Source: Candidatus Babeliales bacterium
Lineage (GTDB): Bacteria; Babelota; Babeliae; Babelales; JANWKD01
Reading direction: 5' to 3'
Assembly (NCBI GenBank): GCA_963701665.1
Contig: OY969622.1
Location: 800,001 to 864,000 of the forward strand
Length of the DNA: 64,000 nucleotides
The notes beneath the pieces were generated by a model, which worked only from the letters and a program-made list of their open reading frames with translations, had not been told where the DNA came from and ran no database searches. Shown here piece by piece: positions 32,201-41,600 of the stretch (within the stretch, counting starts at the first letter, position 1; the number at the start of each line of letters is the position of its first letter). The position numbers and the translations under genes are program-made.

Positions 32201-33865
32201 CAACAAACATGGACGATCTTAGCCGCCGGATTTAATGGCACCTTCAGCTCACTCCCTGCTTTTATGAGCGATTTTAACGCAACATGGACTATTTTAAATG
32301 CTGGTTTCAATGGCACATTCTCTGCTCTCAATGCTTGTTGCACGAATATAAATTCTGAATTCCAGCAAACATGGACTATCCTAGGTGCCGGCTTCAATGG
32401 AACTTTCAGCACATTCGCCACTATTATTTCAGATTTTAATGATACATGGTCTACTCTAGCAGCAGGCTTTAACGGAACAGCCTCGGCACTCAACGCCTGT
32501 TGTACCAACATTACTTCCGAATTTCAACAAACATGGACAATTTTAAATGTCTCAACTGAAAACCTTTCAAATCCAGTTATGATTACACAAGCAAATTTTG
32601 GAGCAACAGGTGGAACACAATACGTCATTTCAACATCTGGTGTCTATAGGTTGGGTAGTAACATTGTCTTTACACCAGCTACAGCAATACCCGCTATTCT
32701 TATTACAACAACCAATGTCGTTCTTGATTTACAACTCTTCACCTTAAGCCAGGGAAATAGTACCACGGGTGTGAATGCTATCCAAGTTAGTTCTGGTATG
32801 GCCAGTGTGTATATTCAAAATGGCATGATAGAAAATTTCACGCGAGCGGCAATATCATTCCAAGGAAATAATCAAGGAGTGGGAATTGATAATACCACCA
32901 CCCTATCATGTGCCGTGCGCGGTATCGAGTTCATTGCATCAGGAACTAGCCAAAACATTACCATTCAAAATTGCAAAGTATACAATTGCTCAACATCAGC
33001 GAGCGCTGATAATGCAATGATCTTACAAGCATGTAAAAAGGGAATAATAAAGAATTGTGCCTTGAACGGAAATGGCGTTGCTTCAAAAAACATAACGGCA
33101 CTTAATTTTAACGGCTGCATTGAATTTAATGTATCTGACATCAGTATGTATGAAAATCTTGGTTCAAGCTTCAATGGCGTACAATTAGATAGCACGTCAT
33201 CACTCAATAATTTTACTAATTGCATCATCATAAATAATCAAAGTTCAGGATCGTCCGGAACATGCGCAGGAATTAACCTTAACGGAAGCTCCTCTAATAC
33301 TTTTAATTCTTGTATCATTAATAATAATAACGCTAGCAACAGCGGAGCATTCAATGGCATTTGGCTTCAAGGTTCTGCCCCAAATAATAATACGTTTAAC
33401 TCATGTAAAGTATCTTTTAACACAGCGGCGTTGCTCTGTACTGCAATTTATGGCAACGCTGGTTCTTCTAATTCCTTTAACTTCTGCCAAACAAATGCAA
33501 ATACATCAACTTCTTCCTACGGATCAGGAATTACTATTAATTCCAACTCTAACACGCTTAACAATTGCATAGTACTCTCTAATAAAGGACCAGCCGTTCA
33601 AGGCTTTGGTATCACTACGACAGGAAATGATTGTGTGGTTAAGGATTGTCTGAGTGCATTTAACCTAGGATCCAGTGGCGGCAATGGCTTTGGGTTTAAT
33701 AATACCAGCAATGCAATTCTCTATTATAGGAATGTTGCTTATGATAATCCGGGTACGCAAGCTTTTGGTATAGCAGCTGGATCTTTAACGACGCCAACAG
33801 CACCAGCATCACAACACTTGGCAACCGTCACATCACCTTGGACTAATTTAGCACTCGCTGCTTAA
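29216..33865 (+). CDS. Giant secreted repeat protein 2
   Basis: Paralog of 24470-29158 with the same architecture; head is divergent. Confidence 0.9.
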   Translation: MKQSLVFYTIIMGALFCTSAMPISMDMLYQQDFTPDIIIDSECKKFIQTIIEEALIENTQEQLSEGLLKCYATIQRDPECCTLPLNDLIDAFPELVAKLEDKLKAPRPQQGGHAIVGGNTIDFGPIIALLLRLEFLINQINQSSCCNQILSDFQQTWTILNHLSFTTSVDLSPVFTALNACCSNITSEFQQTWTILANLSVTATVDLSPVFTALNACCSNITSEFQQTWTILANLSITATVDLSSVFTVLNACCSNINSEFQQTWTILASGFNGTFSILSNLTTSTADFAATWTILNAGFNGTFSALNACCSNINSEFQQTWSILAADFNGTFSTIANINVETNGTFTAIADLKNTITTDFAATWTILNAGFNGTFSALNACCTTINSEFQQTWSILAADFNGTFSAINAINTDANGTFSAIADLTTTITNDFAATWTMLNAGFNGTFSALSACCTTINSEFQRTWTILAAGFNGTFSAINAINIDANGTFTALADLTTTITNDFAATWTMLNAGFNGTFSALNACCTNINSEFQQTWTILAADFNGTFSAINAITFDANGTFSAIADLKNTITNDFVGTWTILNAGFNGTFSALNACCTTINSEFQQTWTILAADFNGTFSAINAITIDANGTFSAIADLKNTITNDFTATWTILNAGFNGTFSALNACCTTINSEFQQTWTILAAGFNGTFSAINAITIDANGTLTALADLKNTITNDFAATWTILNAGFNGTFSALNACCTTINSEFQQTWTILAADFNGTFSAIANIIPEANGTFTALADLKNTITNDFAATWTILNAGFNGTFSALNACCTTINSEFQQTWTILGAGFNGTFSAIANINAEANGTFTALADLTTTITNDFAATWTILNAGFNGTFSALNACCTTINSEFQQTWTILAAGFNGTFSILSNLTTTVTNDFAATWTILAAGFNGTFSVIANINAQANATFTALADLKITITNDFAATWTILAAGFNGTFSALNACCTNINSEFQQTWTILAAGFNGTFSSLPAFMSDFNATWTILNAGFNGTFSALNACCTNINSEFQQTWTILGAGFNGTFSTFATIISDFNDTWSTLAAGFNGTASALNACCTNITSEFQQTWTILNVSTENLSNPVMITQANFGATGGTQYVISTSGVYRLGSNIVFTPATAIPAILITTTNVVLDLQLFTLSQGNSTTGVNAIQVSSGMASVYIQNGMIENFTRAAISFQGNNQGVGIDNTTTLSCAVRGIEFIASGTSQNITIQNCKVYNCSTSASADNAMILQACKKGIIKNCALNGNGVASKNITALNFNGCIEFNVSDISMYENLGSSFNGVQLDSTSSLNNFTNCIIINNQSSGSSGTCAGINLNGSSSNTFNSCIINNNNASNSGAFNGIWLQGSAPNNNTFNSCKVSFNTAALLCTAIYGNAGSSNSFNFCQTNANTSTSSYGSGITINSNSNTLNNCIVLSNKGPAVQGFGITTTGNDCVVKDCLSAFNLGSSGGNGFGFNNTSNAILYYRNVAYDNPGTQAFGIAAGSLTTPTAPASQHLATVTSPWTNLALAA

Positions 33866-33922
33866 AAGGAGATAAACACCATGGAACGTATTCCTCTTTT
33901 TAACATATAGAAAAGGAACTTA

Positions 33923-36900
33923 ATGAAGCAATCCCTCGTTTTCTATACTATTGTATTGAGCATTCTGTTTTGCACTTCAGCAATCTCAGGTTCAATAGAT
34001 ATGCTACATCAGCCACGCTTTACTCCTGATATTGTCATCGACACAGCATGTAAAAAGTTTATTCAAGATATAATTGAAGAAGCGCTCACTGAAAATATGT
34101 ATGAACAACTTTCTGAGGGATTATTAACATGTTACGCAACGATTCAATGCGAACCCGAATGTTGCACATTGCCGCTTAATGATCTCATAGACGCTTTCCC
34201 AGAATTAGTAGCGAAATTAGAAGATAAGCTTAAAGCACCTCGCCCACAAGGCGGTCATGCTATTGTTGGCAGCAGTACCATAGATTTTGAATCTATTATA
34301 GCCTTCTTATTACGCTTAGAATTTCTCATCAATCAAATAAGTCAACAACAAACATTTTGCTGTAACCAAATACTCGCTGATTTTCAACAAACATGGACAA
34401 TTCTTGCCAATCTCTCAATTACTACTACAGTAGATCTTTCTCCTGTGTTTACCACACTCGATGCATGTTGTTCTAATATAACCTCGGAATTCCAGCAAAC
34501 ATGGACAATTCTTGCCAATCTTTCAATTACTGCTACGGCGGATCTTGCTCCTGTGTTTACCTCACTCGATGCATGTTGCTCTAACATAACCTCGGAGTTC
34601 CAGCAAACATGGACCATACTAGCCAATCTCTCAGTTACTGCCACGGCTGATCTTTCTTCCGTATTCACTGCACTTAATGCGTGCTGCTCAAACATAAATT
34701 CTGAATTTCAACAAACATGGACTATCTTAGCTGCTGGGTTTAATGGTACCTTCTCTGCTATCAATAGTTTCAATACCACTATTACTGCAGATTTTTCATC
34801 AACGTGGACTATTTTAAATGCTGGATTTAATGGAACCTTCAGCGCACTCAATACCTGCTGCACAAATATAAACTCGGAATTCCAACAAACATGGACTATC
34901 TTAGCTGCTGGTTTTAATGGTACATTCTCTGCGATTAATGCCATCACTATCGATACAAATGGTACTTTAACCGCAATTGTTGATTTAACAACTACTATCA
35001 CTAATGACTTTGCTGCAACATGGACTATTTTAAATGCCGGATTTAATGGAACTTTCTCTACGCTCAATACCTGCTGCACGAATATAAACTCGGAATTCCA
35101 ACAAACATGGACTATCTTAGCTGCTGGTTTTAATGGTACATTCTCTGCAATTAATGCCATCACTATCGATACAAATGGTACTTTAACCGCAATTGCTGAT
35201 TTAACAACTACTATCACTAATGACTTTGCTGCAACGTGGACAATTTTAAATGCCGGATTCAATGGAACCTTCAGCGTACTCAATGCTTGTTGCGCGAATA
35301 TAAATTCTGAGTTTCAACAGACGTGGACTATTTTAGCTGCTGATTTTAATGGTACATTCTCTGCAATTAATGCCATCACTATCGATACAAATAGTACTTT
35401 AACCGCAATTGCTGATTTAACAACTACTATCACTAATGACTTTGCTGCAACGTGGACAATTTTAAACGCTGGTTTCAATGGCACATTTTCTGCTCTCAAT
35501 GCTTGTTGCACAACTATAAACTCTGAATTCCAACAAACGTGGACTATCTTAGCTGCTGATTTTAATGGTACATTCTCTGCAATTAATGCCATCACTATCG
35601 ATACAAATGGTACTTTAACCGCAATTGCTGATTTAACAACTGCTATCACCAATGACTTTGCTGCAACGTGGACAATTCTTAATGCTGGATTCAATGGCAC
35701 TTTCTCCGCTCTCAATGCTTGCTGCACAACTATAAACTCTGAGTTTCAACAGACGTGGACTATGTTAGCCGCTGATTTCAATGGCACATTCTCTGTAATT
35801 AATGCGATCACTATTGATGCAAATGGTACTTTAACCGCAATTGCAGATTTAACAACTACTATCACTAATGATTTTGCTGCAACATGGACAATTATTAATG
35901 CTGGATTTAATGGAACTTTCAGCGTACTCAATGACTGTTGCACAACTATAAATTCCGAATTTCAACAAACATGGACCATTTTAGCTGCTGATTTCAATGG
36001 CACATTCTCTGCAATTAATGCAATTAATGAGTCGAATGGCACTTTTACTGCGTTAGCAGATTTAAAAACTACCATCACGAATGACTTTGCTGCAACATGG
36101 ACGATTCTTAATGCTGGATTCAATGGCACTTTCTCTGCTCTCAATGCTTGTTGCACGAATATAAATTCTGAATTTCAACAAACGTGGACCATTTTAGCCG
36201 CTGATTTCAATGGCACATTCTCTGTAATTAATGCGATCACTATTGATGCAAATGGTACTTTAACCGCAATTGCAGATTTAACAACTACTATCACTAATGA
36301 TTTTGCTGCAACGTGGACAATTCTTAATGCTGGATTCAATGGCACATTCTCCGCGCTCAATGCTTGCTGCACCAATATAAATTCAGAATTTCAACAAACA
36401 TGGACAATTCTTAATGCTGGATTCAATGGCACATTCTCCGCAATCAATGCAATAAATACGAATGCAAATAGCACTTTCACCGCCTTAGCAGATTTAAAAA
36501 CTACTATCACCAATGATTTTGCTGCAACATGGACTCTGTTAAATACTGGATTCAATGGCACTTTTTCCGCTCTCAATGCTTGTTGCACGAATATCAATTC
36601 CGAATTCCAACAAACGTGGACTATTTTAGCTACCGGGTTCAATGGCACCTTCAGTACACTCTCAAATCTTACTACTACGGTGACCAATGACTTTGCAGCA
36701 ACGTGGACCATTTTAGCTGCTGGTTTTAATGGAACTTTCAGCACTATCGCAAACATTAATGAAGCAAATGCTACTTTTACTGCATTAGCAGATTTAACAA
36801 CTACTATCACTAATGATTTTGCTGCAACATGGACTATTTTAGCCACTGGTTTCAATGGAACGTTCTCTGCGCTCAATGCTTGTTGCACAAATATAAATTC

Positions 36901-38587
36901 TGAATTCCAACAAACATGGACTATTTTAGCTGCCGGATTTAATGGCACTTTCAGCACACTCCCAAATCTTACTGCTGACTTTGCAGCAACATGGACAATT
37001 TTAGCTGCAGGCTTTAATGGGACATTCTCGGCACTCAACGCGTGTTGTACCAACATTACTTCCGAATTCCAACAAACATGGACTATCTTAGCTGCTGGAT
37101 TCAATGGAACTTTCAGCACGCTCGCCGCTATTCTTGGTGATTTTAACGCTACATGGACTATTCTAGCTGCAGGCTTTAATGGGACATTCTCGGCACTCAA
37201 CACCTGTTGTACCAACATCACTTCTGAGTTCCAACAAACCTGGACTATTTTAAATGTCTTAACCGAAAACCTTTCAAATCCGGTTATGATTACCCAAGCA
37301 AATTTTGGTGCAACGGGAGGAACTACCTATACCATTTCAACATCGGGTGTGTATAGATTAGGGAGTAACATCGTCTTTACCCCAGCAACAGCAATACCTG
37401 CTATTCTTATTACCACGACTGATGTCGTTCTTGATTTGCAGCTTTTCAACCTCACTCAAGGAAATGCCACTACCGGTGTAAATGCCATCCAAGTTAGTTC
37501 TGGTATGGCTGACGTTTACATTAAAAATGGTTTGATAGAAAATTTCACACGCGCAGCAATATCGTTTCAGGGAAGCAATCAAAGAGTTGGCATTGATACT
37601 ACAACCACCATATCATGTGCCGTAACTGGCATTGAATTCGTTTCAACAGGAACGCCTAGTCAAAACATTACTATTCAACATTGTAATATTTATAACTGCT
37701 CAACGGCATCAGGTGCCACTTTCCCACTGAATTTACAATTATGTAAAGAAGGAAAAATAAAAAATTGTAACTTTAATAGTAATGGTACTTCATCAAACAA
37801 CATAAATGTGCTTAATTTTAGCGGCTGTGTTGAATTTATTGTGAAAGATATCAGTGTGAAAGAAAATCTTGGTTCATTTCTCAATTGTGTATCATTAGAT
37901 AGCACATCTTCCCTTAATTATTTCAATAATTGCAGCATTCTCAATAATCAAAGCAATGGTAATACCCTCGATGGATTTGTCATGAATGGCAGCAACTCTA
38001 ATATTTTCAATAATTGTATTGTAAATGGAAACCAAGGCACCTCAAATGGCTCTTTTAATGGATTCATAATGCAAAGTGGCGCATATAACAACACATTTAA
38101 TAGTTGCACAGCTTCCTATAATACTACATCAGGAAGTACAGCAACTATTGTTGCGTTTAACTTAGGGGGACCTTATAACTTCGCATTTAATTGCGTAGCA
38201 GAGTCAAATATCTGCGGGGGTAACCAATGTTATGGCTGCCTTGTCAGTACATCCACCAATATAATCGATAACTTCGTAGCAGCCAATAATATGTCTGGAG
38301 GTACTTCTGATTGTTATGGCATCAATATTAATCAAGCAGCTGCTTATAACAATGTAATAAGCAATTGTTTGTGCTCGAATAATAACAGTGCTACAAACGG
38401 CGATACTGTTGGAATAAGCAATTCAAGTTTACAATATTTATTCTATCGTAATGTTTCCTACTCGAATAATGGAACACAAATTAGCGGTATAGCTTCCCCT
38501 GGATCGTTGACAACGCCAACAGCACCAGCATCACAGAACCTAGGAACTGTGACGGGCGCTTGGACTAATTTAGCTCTTGCAAGTTAA
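33923..38587 (+). CDS. Giant secreted repeat protein 3
   Basis: Paralog with the same architecture. Confidence 0.9.
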   Translation: MKQSLVFYTIVLSILFCTSAISGSIDMLHQPRFTPDIVIDTACKKFIQDIIEEALTENMYEQLSEGLLTCYATIQCEPECCTLPLNDLIDAFPELVAKLEDKLKAPRPQGGHAIVGSSTIDFESIIAFLLRLEFLINQISQQQTFCCNQILADFQQTWTILANLSITTTVDLSPVFTTLDACCSNITSEFQQTWTILANLSITATADLAPVFTSLDACCSNITSEFQQTWTILANLSVTATADLSSVFTALNACCSNINSEFQQTWTILAAGFNGTFSAINSFNTTITADFSSTWTILNAGFNGTFSALNTCCTNINSEFQQTWTILAAGFNGTFSAINAITIDTNGTLTAIVDLTTTITNDFAATWTILNAGFNGTFSTLNTCCTNINSEFQQTWTILAAGFNGTFSAINAITIDTNGTLTAIADLTTTITNDFAATWTILNAGFNGTFSVLNACCANINSEFQQTWTILAADFNGTFSAINAITIDTNSTLTAIADLTTTITNDFAATWTILNAGFNGTFSALNACCTTINSEFQQTWTILAADFNGTFSAINAITIDTNGTLTAIADLTTAITNDFAATWTILNAGFNGTFSALNACCTTINSEFQQTWTMLAADFNGTFSVINAITIDANGTLTAIADLTTTITNDFAATWTIINAGFNGTFSVLNDCCTTINSEFQQTWTILAADFNGTFSAINAINESNGTFTALADLKTTITNDFAATWTILNAGFNGTFSALNACCTNINSEFQQTWTILAADFNGTFSVINAITIDANGTLTAIADLTTTITNDFAATWTILNAGFNGTFSALNACCTNINSEFQQTWTILNAGFNGTFSAINAINTNANSTFTALADLKTTITNDFAATWTLLNTGFNGTFSALNACCTNINSEFQQTWTILATGFNGTFSTLSNLTTTVTNDFAATWTILAAGFNGTFSTIANINEANATFTALADLTTTITNDFAATWTILATGFNGTFSALNACCTNINSEFQQTWTILAAGFNGTFSTLPNLTADFAATWTILAAGFNGTFSALNACCTNITSEFQQTWTILAAGFNGTFSTLAAILGDFNATWTILAAGFNGTFSALNTCCTNITSEFQQTWTILNVLTENLSNPVMITQANFGATGGTTYTISTSGVYRLGSNIVFTPATAIPAILITTTDVVLDLQLFNLTQGNATTGVNAIQVSSGMADVYIKNGLIENFTRAAISFQGSNQRVGIDTTTTISCAVTGIEFVSTGTPSQNITIQHCNIYNCSTASGATFPLNLQLCKEGKIKNCNFNSNGTSSNNINVLNFSGCVEFIVKDISVKENLGSFLNCVSLDSTSSLNYFNNCSILNNQSNGNTLDGFVMNGSNSNIFNNCIVNGNQGTSNGSFNGFIMQSGAYNNTFNSCTASYNTTSGSTATIVAFNLGGPYNFAFNCVAESNICGGNQCYGCLVSTSTNIIDNFVAANNMSGGTSDCYGININQAAAYNNVISNCLCSNNNSATNGDTVGISNSSLQYLFYRNVSYSNNGTQISGIASPGSLTTPTAPASQNLGTVTGAWTNLALAS

Positions 38588-38600
38588 AAAGGAGATAAAT

Positions 38601-41600
38601 ATGGGGTACATCCCTCTTTTTAAAATATATAGTCGCGCCTTTATTTTTCTGATTTTATGCTCACATTATGCAACTCTACCATCAGAAAATGAAAATTTTC
38701 GGGCAACTACACCATGCTTGGTTGAAAATGCTTCAGCAATTCTCGATCAAGAATTTCCCATTACTGAAGCATTCAAAGTTTTCATAAAAAATAACGTTGA
38801 GAAAATACTTTTACAAAAAGAGGCTACACTTTCACCTGCATTGCAGAAATGTTATGAGATACTATGCGATAATCCGACATGCCTCTCGTTACCAACAAAA
38901 CATCTGCTTGGCGCATTTCCAGAACTGATAACAGCATTCCATACGAGCATAAAATATTCTCCACCTAACGTTGCTGCAAACAACCCACCTGAAGACGTAG
39001 AGTCTATTATTATTATATTATTGCGTTTGCAGGTTCTTTTAAATGAATTCAACCAACAACAAATTTCATGCTGCAACCAAATATTGGCTGATTTTCAACA
39101 AACGTGGACCATCCTTGCTCAGATTTCAGGTATCTCCCACGTTGATTTTTCTCCTGTCTTTACGGCACTCGATGCATGTTGCTCGAACATTACTTCAGAA
39201 TTCCAACAGACGTGGACTATTCTTTCAAGCATTACAACGCCCACGTTGACCGTTGATTTTTCTCCTGTATTCACTGCACTCGATGCATGTTGCTCGAATA
39301 TTACTTCAGAATTTCAACAGACGTGGACTATTCTTGGACACCTTTCAACAATGACGGCAGCAGTCGATTTTTCTTCTGTCTTTACAGCACTCAACGCATG
39401 CTGCTCAAACATAAATTCTGAATTCCAACAGACATGGACTATTTTAAATGCTGATTTCAATGGAACTTTCTCTTCTCTTGCTATGCCTACGATAGACTTT
39501 GCTGAAACATGGACCATTTTAAATGCCGGATTTAATGGAACCTTCTCCGCACTCAACGCATGCTGTAACAACATCAATTCTGAATTCCAACAAACATGGA
39601 CCATTTTAGCCGCCGATTTTAATGGAACTTTTACTGCACTTAGTGCAATCAGCACTGAACCTAATGGCACTTTCACGGTTATCGCAGATTTAACAACTAC
39701 TATTACTAACGACTTTGCTGCAACGTGGACAATTATTAATGCTGGATTCAATGGAACCTTCAGTGCACTCAACGCCTGCTGCATGAATATAAATTCCGAA
39801 TTCCAACAAACATGGACTATCCTAGCTGCTGATTTCAATGGTACATTCTCTGCAATCAATGCAATAAACATAGATGCAAATGGCACCTTCACCGCAATCG
39901 CAGATCTAACAACTACTATAACCAATGACTTTGCTGCAACATGGACAATTATTAACGCTGGATTCAATGGAACCTTCTCTGCCCTCAATGCTTGTTGCAC
40001 AACTATAAACTCTGAATTTCAACAAACATGGACTATCTTAGGCGCGGGTTTTAATGGAACCTTCAGCGCTATCGCAAACATTAATGCTGAAACAAACGGT
40101 ACTTTCACCGCGATAGCAGATTTAACAACTACGGTCACCAATGATTTTGCTGCAACATGGACAATTTTTAATGCTGGGTTCAATGGAACCTTCTCTGCTC
40201 TCAATGCTTGTTGCACAACTATAAACTCTGAATTTCAACAAACATGGTCAATTTTAGCTGCTGATTTCAATGGAACTTTCAGCACCATCGCAAACATTAA
40301 TGCTGAAACAAACGGTACTTTCACTGCGTTAGCAGATTTAACAACTACGGTAACCAATGACTTTGCTGCAACGTGGACAATTATTAATGCTGGATTTAAT
40401 GGCACTTTCTCTGCGCTCGATGCTTGTTGCACGAATATAAACTCTGAGTTTCAACAGACATGGACTATTCTAGCTGCTGGGTTTGATGGAACTTTCAGCG
40501 CCATCGCAAACATTAATGCCGAAACAAACGGTACTTTCACTGCGTTAGCAGATTTAACAACTACTATCACTAATGATTTTGCCGCAACATGGACAATTAT
40601 TAATGCTGGATTTAATGGAACTTTCAGCGCACTCAATGCCTGTTGCACAACTATAAATTCCGAATTTCAACAAACATGGACCATTTTAGCTGCTGATTTC
40701 AATGGTACATTCTCTGCAATTAATGCCATCACTATTGATTCAAATGGCACACTTACTGCAATCGCTGATCTAACAACTACTATAACCAATGACTTTGCTG
40801 CAACATGGACAATTCTTAATGCCGGATTCAATGGAACCTTCTCTGCGCTCAATGCTTGTTGCATAACTATAAACTCTGAATTTCAACAAACATGGACTAT
40901 TTTAGCTGCTGGGTTTAATGGCACCTTCTCCGCAATCAATGCAATAAACACAGATGTAAATAGCACTTTCACAGCAATTGCGGATTTAAAAAACACTATC
41001 ACCAATGACTTTGCTGCGACATGGACGATTCTTAATGCTGGATTCAATGGAACTTTCTCTGCGCTCAATGCTTGTTGCTCAAATATCAATTCTGAGTTTC
41101 AACAAACATGGTCAATTCTAGGGGCTGGTTTTAATGGCACATTCTCCGCAATTAATGCGATCAGCACCGAACCTAATGGCACTTTCACAGCAATTGCGGA
41201 TTTAAAAAACACTATCACCAATGACTTTGTTGCAACGTGGACCATTCTTAATGCTGGATTTAATGGAACTTTTTCTGCACTTAATGCATGTTGCACAACT
41301 ATAAATTCCGAATTTCAACAAACGTGGACTATTTTAAGTGCAGGTTTCAATGACACCTTCAGTACACTCTCAACTCTTACTACTCTTACAACTGACTTTT
41401 CTGCAACATGGACTATTTTAGCCGCCGGATTTAATGGCACCTTCTCTGCACTCAATGCCATCACTAGTGATGGAAATGGTACCTTTAGCGCAATTGCTGA
41501 CTTAAAAAATACTACTACTAATGATTTTGCAGCGACATGGACTATTTTAGCTGCTGGCTTTAATGGCACCTTCTCTGCCCTCAATGCCTGTTGCACTAAC

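Noticed and set aside
38577..38600. TTG start for fibre gene 4 overlapping gene 3
   Set aside because: ATG 38601 has a proper AAGGAG RBS and is homologous to the mini-ORF starts
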